NCBI GenBank assembly: GCA_038227875.1
Contig: JBBRPR010000006.1
Span: 128,001 to 192,000 of the forward strand
Origin: Planctomycetota bacterium
GTDB lineage: Bacteria; Planctomycetota; SZUA-567; H5-PLA8
DNA: 64,000 bases
Direction of reading: 5' to 3'
Below the pieces are notes generated by a model, which was not told the origin of the DNA, did not search any database, and saw only the letters and a program-made list of their open reading frames with translations. Positions 1 to 9,231 of the stretch are shown here, in pieces. The position numbers and the translations under genes were made by a program. Position 1 is the first letter of the stretch, and every line of letters begins with the position of its first letter.

Positions 1-794
1 AACGACTCACCGCTGGCCAATTCAACCCGGTTCGCGCGGCCGTCTTCGCAGCAAATGCTTTTCACGATCGCATTCAGGCGAATCTTGACGCCCGTCTTTG
101 CGGCGATACCCGACAAAACCCGAGGTACTTGGGCGATGCCACCCGCCGGGTAGAACGCTCCCGCGGTATGAATCAGCGCGGGCACGAACGCCAGAGGGCT
201 GGGAGCTTCGGCGATGCTCTGCCCGGCAACGTGAGTCCAGATTCCAATGGCATTCACCAGCGGGGCCGGAAGTCCCGTGGCCGCAAGTACGCTACTCAAG
301 GATCGGAGCAAAAATGGCGCGGCGAACACTGCGCGGGCTTTGACCAATTCCGCCAGGCCCGGCCGGGAAACATGCAGCATCGGTTCGAGTTGTCGATAGA
401 CGCGCGCGGTATGTTCGATGAAATCGAGGTAGCGTCTCGCGCTTCCGGGCCAGAGCGCCTCGAAGCCCGCAGCCGTCCGTTCCTTGTCTGCGAAAAACTG
501 GATCAGCTTTCCGTCCGCCGTGGCGACTTGATAGACGTTATCGATGCGGCGCAGTTCGATGAGCTTGTCCAGCTCGAGTCCGAGCTGTGTAAACGCCCAC
601 TCCAGGCCGGGCCGATCCAGAAGAATGTAAGGTCCCGCGTCGAATGCCATCCCATCGAAAATATGACCCGACGCCAGTCCGCCGGTATCGGCACGCGCTT
701 CAAGCACCTCTACATCGTAGCCGGTTTGAGCGAGCTTGATGGCCGCAGTGAGGCCGCCCATGCCAGCGCCGACAATGAGGACTCGCTTCATCAT
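1..794 (-). CDS. FAD-dependent oxidoreductase, phytoene desaturase (CrtI)-like; truncated by window edge
   Basis: Hand translation MMKRVLIVGAGMGGLTAAIKLAQTGYDVEVLEARADTGGLASG...FDAGPYILLD gives GxGxxG, the E-x5-GG motif and FDxGP. ATG overlaps the upstream TGA (ATGA). Absent from the ORF track because it runs off the window. Confidence 0.85.
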   Translation of the reverse strand, partial: MMKRVLIVGAGMGGLTAAIKLAQTGYDVEVLEARADTGGLASGHIFDGMAFDAGPYILLDRPGLEWAFTQLGLELDKLIELRRIDNVYQVATADGKLIQFFADKERTAAGFEALWPGSARRYLDFIEHTARVYRQLEPMLHVSRPGLAELVKARAVFAAPFLLRSLSSVLAATGLPAPLVNAIGIWTHVAGQSIAEAPSPLAFVPALIHTAGAFYPAGGIAQVPRVLSGIAAKTGVKIRLNAIVKSICCEDGRANRVELASGES

Positions 795-2650
795 TTGCTA
801 TGCCGCAGTCCCAGTAGAACCCGGATGCTCCAGCGGCTTATGCGCAGAGAAGCTTTTTCGCGTTGCAGCGGCGGGAACGCCTCTTCATCCATCTCCGGGA
901 CGAAGAGTGCGCCGCGGCCGCTGCCCAGGACGTACACCGGAAATGCAAACAGGCTGAGTAACGTCGAAAGTTCGCTGTAATAGGGGCCGCGCCAGCCGGT
1001 GACGGGTTCGTCAATCCCAACGACGTTGACTTCCCGGCTGAAGTCGCCGAACCAGTGACACGCCGCACGCAGCACGCTGGAATCGCGCGGATCTTTAATG
1101 CCCATGTGGCGGGCAGCGACCTGGTCGACAGCCAGCGCGTCGGCTCCCGCATAAATTCGCAAGGGGTGTTTCGGCCGTGGGCAGCCCATCACGCCGATCA
1201 GTCCGTCGGGCGCATTCTCGTAGGCGTCCAGCAGCGCGAAATGGGGCTGGAACTCATCGATCAGCATCATCACTGCCGTTTCGCGATGCGCTTGCCGCTC
1301 GACAAAGATGAACTCATCGCAGCGTGCGCCAATCCATTCCAGATTTCCCACCGTCAGCAGCGCAATCTCGATGGGATGGCTGCGCATTTTACTGAACGAA
1401 ATCCGGAAGTCGGCATCCTTCCACGTGCGCGCGACCGTGTACTGCCCCATGCCGCGAAAATACGAGTGTTCGACCTGCTCTTCAGAAGCGTCGACGATGC
1501 GAAAGTGCGGCGATTGTATGCCCAGATACCGGGCCACATTTCCCACCGAACGATTCGCGTAAAACCGATCGTAAATATTCCGCCCTTCAATGACCGCGAC
1601 GTCCGCGCAGCCGCGCTCCGCCAGAAACGCACCCAGTTCGTCCAGCAGATCCGGATCGGTCATGGTCGAGCGGTCTTTGCGATGATAGCCGAGCATGAAC
1701 GTCGCCTTGATCGCTACCCGGAGCCCGTTGATTTCCTTTCCGGTTTCCCGAGCGCGTTCGCGCAACTGTTCTTCAAAACCACACTCCTCCAGCAGTCTGC
1801 GAAAGACCACGCGTTTTTCGGAAGCCGTCTTCCCCGCGGCGACGTGAACGTCCCCACCGCTCCCGAGTTTGTTCAGAGAAGAGCGCATCTTGCGCCGGCT
1901 GCGCGGCAGGAAGTATTCACCCACCTCGCCAATCCTGGCCGCAAGCGAATCGGCACTTTCTCCAGGCGCCAGGCGATCCTGCGCATCGAGCGCATCGGCC
2001 AGGATCTGAAAAATCCGGCAGTGCCGGTCCTCATCGCTCTTCACCCGCCGAAAGTCATCGACCAGATTTGGCGGAAGGTCTTTCTGTGTTCCGGCCATTT
2101 CGATGATGCGGCCCCAGCAAAGTTCAGCCGTCTTTTCCGCATCGACGTTGAAAAGGCAGAACTCGCGAAAGGGTCGGTAGCGCAGATGTTCACGCACATC
2201 CTTGGGAATCTGTCCCGAAATAATTCCGGCCCACGTCACCAGAGTTGCGATGAAGCGCGAAAACGGAGCCTGCCGCCAATGGACATGCTGGCGAACCGAA
2301 CTGGCCCAGCCGCCGATCGCGCCGGCCATTTGCCGGACAAAGGCGCGGAATGAAAGCAGCGAGTCTCCCATTTTCAAAATCGCGCCGCGGATGTAAATGG
2401 CGTGCATCTCTTCATCCTTCCACGCCCAGACCAGAGCATGATGGATGAGTTCACGTACGGGCGCGTCGATGGGCATCCTGTCGAGACGCTGCACCATCAT
2501 GTCCTCACGGTATCCGACGGATACAAGCTCTTCGCGTTCAAGCGCCATAAGGTAAAGACTAAGCAGTTCGCGACGCGGATTGTCGGCGCACTTCAAAGCC
2601 AGACTCTTTAATTCGCGTTGGAACTCTTCGTAGACGCCGCCCATTAGCAT
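791..2650 (-). CDS. Ferritin-like (di-iron) domain fused to DUF362 domain
   Basis: N-half has E...DEEMH...E...DEDRH four-helix di-iron pattern. C-half has VAIK, TDPDLL, ADFRISFSKMRSH and P-FALLDA, typical of DUF362. Confidence 0.75.
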   Translation of the reverse strand: MLMGGVYEEFQRELKSLALKCADNPRRELLSLYLMALEREELVSVGYREDMMVQRLDRMPIDAPVRELIHHALVWAWKDEEMHAIYIRGAILKMGDSLLSFRAFVRQMAGAIGGWASSVRQHVHWRQAPFSRFIATLVTWAGIISGQIPKDVREHLRYRPFREFCLFNVDAEKTAELCWGRIIEMAGTQKDLPPNLVDDFRRVKSDEDRHCRIFQILADALDAQDRLAPGESADSLAARIGEVGEYFLPRSRRKMRSSLNKLGSGGDVHVAAGKTASEKRVVFRRLLEECGFEEQLRERARETGKEINGLRVAIKATFMLGYHRKDRSTMTDPDLLDELGAFLAERGCADVAVIEGRNIYDRFYANRSVGNVARYLGIQSPHFRIVDASEEQVEHSYFRGMGQYTVARTWKDADFRISFSKMRSHPIEIALLTVGNLEWIGARCDEFIFVERQAHRETAVMMLIDEFQPHFALLDAYENAPDGLIGVMGCPRPKHPLRIYAGADALAVDQVAARHMGIKDPRDSSVLRAACHWFGDFSREVNVVGIDEPVTGWRGPYYSELSTLLSLFAFPVYVLGSGRGALFVPEMDEEAFPPLQREKASLRISRWSIRVLLGLRHSK

Positions 2651-2842
2651 TCTCTATTGAGATAGATCGGCGATTGTGTCGGCAGCAGACGTATCCGTCA
2701 AAGCGATTGCAGGTTATTCCTCAACCGCATCAACTCCCCCGGCCGTTCTTTGCGTGCTTTGCGGCTTGGCGCCTTTGCGCGAGAAAACAAGAGTCCGCGC
2801 ACGCTCCACATTTCAAAACGCCCCACCATGTGCGCCCCATGC

Positions 2843-3253
2843 ACATCTTGTATTATAAAATCTTTTTTACTATTTTTACATAAAATACTTGACTTTTGCA
2901 TTTCTCAACCGCTTATATACTATAGAGAAATCCATATTCGCGGCTACCGTATCGATCGTCCCGAAACTCCAAGCGCACGACGCAGCCGCTTTCAGGCATG
3001 CCCCACATTCGCGTCCCAGCAGCCTATAAACGCCTCCAGGACCGCAAGCCGAGCAAAGACCCCGATGACAGCCCAGATCACCCACAGCCCCACAGAACGA
3101 AAATGCAGCGGCATGGACCCGCCCCCTGCAAATCCCTTGGGCCAGCCGCACCGAGTGCACTGCTGAACATCACGTGTTATAAAATCTTTTTTACTAAATT
3201 CGAAGAAAACACTTGACTTTTAGGTTCAACGACTGCTTAATACTATAGGAAAT
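2843..3253 (+). repeat. Two ~85-bp AT-rich direct repeats (2843-2931, 3167-3253), promoter-like
   Basis: Both contain TTATAAAATCTTTTTTACTA, ACTTGACTTTT, GCTTA and TACTATAG. Confidence 0.85.
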
Positions 3254-3500
3254 TATGCACCGCTCCGTTCGTTCAGTCCCAATCCTTCGTTCGCCCCACT
3301 CAAAGCTTAAACGCGTGACGTTCAATCCAGCCCATCCCCGTCATCTCGCAACCCGTGGAGACACACCCCCAATGAACCACTCCCGTCATCGCCTCAGCGC
3401 CCACCACTCCAATCCGCAATCCGAAATCCGCAATCCGCAATGCTGTTTGCAGTGCCGTTCCCCCGCGCATAGCAGGCCCCCATGAAGAAGCCCCCGCCCG

Positions 3501-3530
3501 TGTAACATTCTGTCGCATTCCGTAACATTC
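3501..3530 (+). repeat. 3 x 10-bp direct repeat (TGTAACATTC consensus)
   Basis: TGTAACATTC TGTCGCATTC CGTAACATTC. Confidence 0.7.
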
Positions 3531-3707
3531 CACCTAAGGAGGACGATCCCCCGAATCCCGATTCCCCAATCCCGATCCCGCCGTACAATCCGCAACGCCG
3601 TACCATTACCGGGACACCCGCAAACACTCCCGCACTTGTCCGCCTTGAGACGTATACGTACTAATTGCACGGCCTGTCCAGTTCGATCTATACAAGGAGC
3701 CCACCCC

Positions 3708-5960
3708 ATGAACCGACTCATCCTGATCGCCACTCTGGCCACGTGTTTCGCTGCCGCCGGACAGGATGCCGCTCCACTCGGCTCGACGACGTACGCGCCT
3801 TCGCCGGAGCACCCCGTCGGCTGGCGCGGCGATGGCACGGGCCGCTACCCCGCAGCGACGCCGCCGCTCACCTGGAGCCGCCGCGTGCAGGGCTTCACCT
3901 CAGAGCTGAAATACCAGGCCGCCAAGCCCGCGGCCGGAGCGCCCGGGCCCGACGCGAAGCCGCTGGAGTACTTCACACTCAAGGACTGGCTCATCGCCGG
4001 TCCCTTCAACGCGCCCGATCCGGCCAAGGACATCGAGACGGATTTTCTCAAAGGCGAAGCCGCCATCGAACCCAACACCGGCGACAAGGCCGGCGACGCC
4101 GCTTGGAAGATGATTCACCTCGGCATGGACAACCAGAGCAACCATGCGCACAACGGCGGCATCTGCCGGAATCTCAATCTCGACTTCGTCTCCTTCTTCG
4201 CGACGATCTCGCGCGTTAAAGACGCCAAAGACCCGACCAACATCCACACCAAGTACGAAGGCGATCTCGCCAACAAATGCGCGTACGCACACACGTACGT
4301 CTATTCCCCAGCCGCCGGAGACGCGATGCTGACCGTCGGCTACGCCGGCGCCGCCGCGAGGGCCTGGCTGAATGGCAAACCGCTGACGTTCGAGAACAAC
4401 AAGAGCGTCAAAGTCGATCTGGCTCAGGGCTGGAACCGCCTGCTGCTCAAACTCTCCAACAGCACCGCGCTGGTCAGTTCCAGCGGTGCGTCCAACATGA
4501 GCACCTGGCGCCTCTTCGCCTACATCACGCCCTCCAAACCGGCGACGTACGAATCCAAAAACATCGCCTGGATGACCCGCGTCACCGGGCGGAGCATGTC
4601 CAATCCGATCGTCGTCGGCGACAGGATCTTCTTCGGCTCCGGCGTCTCCGATCTCACCTGCGTCAACAAGGCCGACGGCAAAGTCCGCTGGCTGCACGCC
4701 TCAACGCCGTGGGACGCGATGACCGCCGAAGAAAAAGCACAGAACAAGGACAAGCTCGAATCGCAGATCTCGCAGCTCGAACAATTCGACACGGAACTCG
4801 TGGCGATGATCAACGCGGGCGTCTCCCCGCAAGGCTTGTCCCTCGCGCAGCAGACGGAACTCGACAAGAAGCTGAAAGCCAAAGCCGACTTCGAACGCAC
4901 GCTTCATAAGACGACGTTCTGGAGCATCGATCCGAAGCGCTACCCGCCGATGACCGGCAACGAAGTCAGCTCCAGCAACGCCACGCCCTGCTCCGACGGC
5001 GCGCGCGTCTACTGGGCTTCCGGCGGCGGAATGAAAGGCCCCGGCGCCAGCGTGGTCTGCTGCTTCGATCTAGACGGCAAGCGGCTCTGGACCTACCACG
5101 AAGCCTTCGGCGCCGCGGAACACGGCCTGCATACGTCGCCGATCCTCGTTGACGGCAAACTGATCTACGCCGCGTACAAGACGCTGATCGCCTTCGACCC
5201 GCCGACCGGCAAGATCCTCTGGCGCACCCCGACTCCCGAATCCGGCGGCGCGTCGCCCCAGGTCGTGAAAGTGGGCAACGAATCGGCCGTCTACGTCGCG
5301 CACATCGGCCGGGTCGTGGGGCTCTACCGCGTCAGCGACGGCGTCCGCATCGCGGCCAACGACATGGGCCTGTTCGGCGACTCCACGCCGATCACCGAAG
5401 GCGGCGTGATCTACGTCGCCGATAAATTCAAGCGCTGGGCCGACAACAATGTCGCTTTCGCAGCGCTCCAGATCCCGACCGCGCCCGGCGAGAAACTGGA
5501 ACTCAAGCAAACCTTCGAGCTGGATTCCGACCAGGTCTACGTGCCGATGCGCGGCATCGCCTACTTCGTCGCCTCATCGCTGTACGTCGACGGACTGGTC
5601 TACTCGCTGGACATGAGCGGGGGCTTGAGCGTCATCGACGTCGCCGCCAAGGCCGGCGTCTACCACCGCTGGCTCGATTGGTACGCGCGCTACGACCGCT
5701 ACCTGTACGGCGCCGTCGCCTGCCCCACCCTCGCCGGGAAGAACATTTTCCTCGTCGACGACGCGGGCTCCACAATCATCATGACGCCCGGCAAGGAGTA
5801 CAAAGAAGTCGCCCGCAACATCATCGAAAACACCTTCCCTGCCAGCGAGTCCGGAAACCCGTGCAGGCAGGAAGCGTTTTACTCATCGCCGGTCTTCGAA
5901 GGCTCGAGCATCTATCTGAAAGGAGAAGAATACCTCTATTGCATCCGCGAAACGAAATGA
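3708..5960 (+). CDS. Secreted PQQ-binding-like (BamB-type) beta-propeller protein with PA14-like insertion
   Basis: AAGGAG RBS; signal peptide MNRLILIATL; GWRGDGTG; repeated SxP(I/V)vxG..W blade motifs; C-terminal SSPVFEGSSIYLKGEEYLYCI. Confidence 0.8.
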   Translation: MNRLILIATLATCFAAAGQDAAPLGSTTYAPSPEHPVGWRGDGTGRYPAATPPLTWSRRVQGFTSELKYQAAKPAAGAPGPDAKPLEYFTLKDWLIAGPFNAPDPAKDIETDFLKGEAAIEPNTGDKAGDAAWKMIHLGMDNQSNHAHNGGICRNLNLDFVSFFATISRVKDAKDPTNIHTKYEGDLANKCAYAHTYVYSPAAGDAMLTVGYAGAAARAWLNGKPLTFENNKSVKVDLAQGWNRLLLKLSNSTALVSSSGASNMSTWRLFAYITPSKPATYESKNIAWMTRVTGRSMSNPIVVGDRIFFGSGVSDLTCVNKADGKVRWLHASTPWDAMTAEEKAQNKDKLESQISQLEQFDTELVAMINAGVSPQGLSLAQQTELDKKLKAKADFERTLHKTTFWSIDPKRYPPMTGNEVSSSNATPCSDGARVYWASGGGMKGPGASVVCCFDLDGKRLWTYHEAFGAAEHGLHTSPILVDGKLIYAAYKTLIAFDPPTGKILWRTPTPESGGASPQVVKVGNESAVYVAHIGRVVGLYRVSDGVRIAANDMGLFGDSTPITEGGVIYVADKFKRWADNNVAFAALQIPTAPGEKLELKQTFELDSDQVYVPMRGIAYFVASSLYVDGLVYSLDMSGGLSVIDVAAKAGVYHRWLDWYARYDRYLYGAVACPTLAGKNIFLVDDAGSTIIMTPGKEYKEVARNIIENTFPASESGNPCRQEAFYSSPVFEGSSIYLKGEEYLYCIRETK

Positions 5961-6025
5961 CGTACGCGGCATGCGCGAATCAAAGGCAGTTCTGGCGGCT
6001 TCGCGGCTTTGCGTGAGTATAAAAG

Positions 6026-6772
6026 CTACTTCACTTCTTCCTTAACAAGCGCCCCGCAGCAGCGGAACCCAATCTCGCGCCCAGTGACGGTGGTGGCAAA
6101 GCGCAGGCGGTACGTACAGCGCGAGGTCTTCTCCTCGGCATCCGTACTCATCCCACCGCGAACGATGCGCAGGCCCGACGTGTCCGGTCCGGTGGTTGTC
6201 GGAGGCGTGCTTGAAGTCCATTCGTAGACGCCGCCGCTCATGTCGTAAACGCCAAATCCCGAGACACAATTCGTGAACTGCCCCAAACCGTAGTCGTCGT
6301 TGGCGTTGGCACAGGCCTTGGCCGCAAAGCCGTCGCCGTAGGTGTAGTGCGTACCCGACGGACCGCGGCAGGCCTTCTCGAATTCGTATTCCGTGCAGAG
6401 ACGCTTGCCCTTGCTTGAACAGAGGGTGCTGGCTTCCAGCCATGAGACCAGCCGCGTCGGCGCCTCGCCGGGTTGATTCGGCCACTCGAATTTGTCGATG
6501 CAAAACGCCTTAACATTAATGCGCTGCGCTTCTTCCTTGGCGCCATGCTCGGCGTTCTTCTCGTCGGGCGGGCCGTAGAGCATTGGCCCGTTGGGCACCA
6601 GCACCATATTCGGAGGACAGTTGCTGAAGATCGACGACTGCTTCTCGTCATTCTCAGAGACGACAGCGCCACGGGAGCCGAGGTAATCGACTTTCCGCTT
6701 GGAATTCCCCGACGCCGCACAGCCAATCACGGCGCAAACAGACAGGATGGTCAGCACGCGAACTTTAATCAT
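6026..6772 (-). CDS. FGE-sulfatase (SUMF1/EgtB-like) domain lipoprotein
   Basis: Lipobox VIGC; motifs CPPNMVLV, VSWLEA..C..KGKRLCTEYEFEKACRG, GVYDMSGGVYEW, RGG, GFRCC. Confidence 0.85.
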   Translation of the reverse strand: MIKVRVLTILSVCAVIGCAASGNSKRKVDYLGSRGAVVSENDEKQSSIFSNCPPNMVLVPNGPMLYGPPDEKNAEHGAKEEAQRINVKAFCIDKFEWPNQPGEAPTRLVSWLEASTLCSSKGKRLCTEYEFEKACRGPSGTHYTYGDGFAAKACANANDDYGLGQFTNCVSGFGVYDMSGGVYEWTSSTPPTTTGPDTSGLRIVRGGMSTDAEEKTSRCTYRLRFATTVTGREIGFRCCGALVKEEVK

Positions 6773-6903
6773 GGAGAGAGATTGTAAGAAGGTCGAGGAA
6801 CACGGCAAGTGGAACGCCGTCCCCCTTATGAATGGGAGAAGGGAGGATTCCGAAAAACGCAATTTCCGATACCACTGGGCCCCCCGCTGGATATGCTTGG
6901 TCT

Positions 6904-6918
6904 TGGCACATGTGTTGC
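6904..6918 (+). promoter_or_regulatory. Putative sigma54 (-24/-12) promoter upstream of resB-ccsA
   Basis: TGGCAC-ATGTG-TTGC matches TGGCAC-N5-TTGC, ~100 bp before the ATG. Confidence 0.55.
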
Positions 6919-7021
6919 CCAAATGGAACGGACCCCCAGCGGCTGCGTCGTTTCGTTACACATTTAAGAGTCCCCGCGCGGGCGGTGTCTCTTTTTAAGG
7001 CATTGAACTGAAAGCGGATAC

Positions 7022-9187
7022 ATGTTCCGAGAGATTCTAAAACCGTTGGCGTCGTTGAAGCTCGCCTTGATCCTCCTGGCGGTCATCATCATCGCCTCCA
7101 TCGCCGGCACGTGGTACGAATCCAAGGTGAGCGCCGAGGTCGCCAAGCGCCTGATTTATGGCAACATCTGGTTCGACATCTGGCTGACCTTCCTGGCCAT
7201 CAATCTCTTCAGTGTCGCGGCCATCCGCTACCCGTGGAAGCCGCATCAGACCGGCTTCGTGATCACCCATGCCGGCATCATTGTGCTCCTGATCGGCTCG
7301 ATGATCGATCGCCATTTCGGCGTCGAAGGCTTCGTCCAGTTGCACCGCGGAGTGGAAGCCACCGACGTGATGGAACTGCGCGAGCAGGAACTGGTCGCCA
7401 CGGTCGACGGAGTTCAAGAAGCCGCACACACCCAGTTTAACGTGAAGTCGATGGACAAGGCGTTCAAGGTCAAGTCGCCCGACCCGGCGGTGAAGATCGA
7501 AGTCATCGACACCAAGGAAGTGGAAGTCTACAAGGACGTCAGCGACGCGCAGACCGGCCCGGCCGCGGTCCATCTCCACATGGAAGGCCCGATGATGGGC
7601 CAGCAGGACCGCTGGTTGTTCCTCGGCGACAATTTTGAAGAAGGTCCGGCCGTGCTTGCATTCCAGCCCGGCATGCCGCCCCCGGCCAATCCGGCCGGCA
7701 CGGGCACGCAGATCCTGCGCCCGAGGCAGGAGCGCTACTACGTCTTCACCAAGAACGCCACCGAACCGATGATCTCCGAACGCGTCGGCGAACCCACCCG
7801 CGCGGTGGTCAATCTGGTGATCGATCCCAAGACTGCCGTGCCGACGCTGAAAATGCAGCTCCTGGGCAAGAGCTTCGACATCCCCGTCAAGGGCAACGAA
7901 AAAACCGACTACCCGCTGATGGGGCTTGATGAGTGGAAGGTGTACATCTACGGCTACTTCCCGAACTTCCGCATGGAAGGCGGCAAGCCCGTCAATTTCA
8001 ACGACAACCCGGACAATCCCGCGATCTTCTTCGATCTGCTCGGACCGAAAGTCATGGCCGACGTCGAAAAGCCGCTGGCCAAGCATGGCGGCGGCAACAT
8101 GGCGCCGGGCACCGGCATGGGCGGGGAAAAGACCAACGCGCTCCAGGTTTACCTCGGTGATGACGGCAAGCTGCGCTACTTTTTGAAATCGCGCAAAGAC
8201 GGCGACTTCGCCGGCGAAGTGGTGCTCTCCGACAAGAAGGAACTGCACTGGGCGCCGGGCGCGACGTTCACCATCGACGAGTACCATGCGCACTCGTCGA
8301 CGAAGATGGCGTGGCGTCCGCTCGAAAATGTCTCAAAGGATAACGAGAACCAGGCGCCGGGCCTCTTCTGCCGCATTACCGTCGGCAACGACAAGAAGGA
8401 AGTCTGGCTTGGCCAGCGCATGCTCAAGCCGCACACCGATGACCACACCGGCAAGACCACCGTCGAACTGCCGCGCGAAATCTTCGAAGTCGGCGGAAAA
8501 AAAGTCGGCCTCTCCTTCGCCAACCAGTTCCAGATGCTGCCGTTCAAGGTCAGCCTGCTGAAGTTCTCCGCGCCGGCCAACGAAGGCATGGAAAACGAAA
8601 TGAGCTTCGCGTCGTTCGAAAGCACGCTGAGCTTCGATGGCCATCTCGACTGGGTGCTGCTCAAGCCCGACGCCAAGATCCTGGCCGAAGCGCGCAATCC
8701 GCAAACCAAGAGCGACATCCCCGACATCCTCGAGGGCGGAAAATCGCGCGACATGTACGGCGCGATCATCGCCGAAGACGAGACGCAGATCACGATGGAA
8801 TTCCTCAACCGCCAGACGGTCACCGTGCCGAAGACCGATATCGCAGCGTCCGTCCAGAAGACGCGCAAGATCTATATGAATTCGCCGACGACCTACCCGG
8901 AAGTCTGGTACGGTCCGTGGCTGGGCACGACCTACAAATTTTCGCAGGCTGAACACCGCATGCCGGTCGATCCGGATTACTCCGGCGTCCAGATCCTGCG
9001 CGATCCGGGTTGGATGCCCAAGTGGGTCGGCTGCCTGATGATCTGCTTCGGCATCTTCACCATGTTCTACCTGAAACCGTACTTCAACCGGCGCCCGGAA
9101 CCCGTGGCCAATGCGGGCGGGAAGCAAAAAAAGGGAAGTGAGAAGGATAAAGGCAAGTTGCGCGTCGCTGATTCGGTCAAGAGCTGA
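7022..9187 (+). CDS. Cytochrome c biogenesis protein ResB/CcsB-like
   Basis: LASLKLA..., IY..WF, GFVITHAGIIVLLIG at the N-terminus; YSGVQILRDPG..KWVG near the C-terminus; adjacent to ccsA. Confidence 0.85.
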   Translation: MFREILKPLASLKLALILLAVIIIASIAGTWYESKVSAEVAKRLIYGNIWFDIWLTFLAINLFSVAAIRYPWKPHQTGFVITHAGIIVLLIGSMIDRHFGVEGFVQLHRGVEATDVMELREQELVATVDGVQEAAHTQFNVKSMDKAFKVKSPDPAVKIEVIDTKEVEVYKDVSDAQTGPAAVHLHMEGPMMGQQDRWLFLGDNFEEGPAVLAFQPGMPPPANPAGTGTQILRPRQERYYVFTKNATEPMISERVGEPTRAVVNLVIDPKTAVPTLKMQLLGKSFDIPVKGNEKTDYPLMGLDEWKVYIYGYFPNFRMEGGKPVNFNDNPDNPAIFFDLLGPKVMADVEKPLAKHGGGNMAPGTGMGGEKTNALQVYLGDDGKLRYFLKSRKDGDFAGEVVLSDKKELHWAPGATFTIDEYHAHSSTKMAWRPLENVSKDNENQAPGLFCRITVGNDKKEVWLGQRMLKPHTDDHTGKTTVELPREIFEVGGKKVGLSFANQFQMLPFKVSLLKFSAPANEGMENEMSFASFESTLSFDGHLDWVLLKPDAKILAEARNPQTKSDIPDILEGGKSRDMYGAIIAEDETQITMEFLNRQTVTVPKTDIAASVQKTRKIYMNSPTTYPEVWYGPWLGTTYKFSQAEHRMPVDPDYSGVQILRDPGWMPKWVGCLMICFGIFTMFYLKPYFNRRPEPVANAGGKQKKGSEKDKGKLRVADSVKS

Positions 9188-9231
9188 CGAGATCCCTAAA
9201 ATTCATGCGGTACTTTTGAGGTAAGGTAACA

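Noticed and set aside
2745..2785. CTTTGCG-type short repeats (also ~5990-6015)
   Set aside because: Degenerate REP-like remnants; too short to define an element.
2843..3253. CRISPR array or leader
   Set aside because: Only two long degenerate copies, no regular repeat-spacer periodicity, no cas genes.
2750..3627. Short ORFs in the 2.7-3.6 kb and 50.2-50.7 kb intergenic regions
   Set aside because: Translations mirror repeats (e.g. NPQSEIRNPQ, ECYKMLH); no convincing RBS or coding bias.
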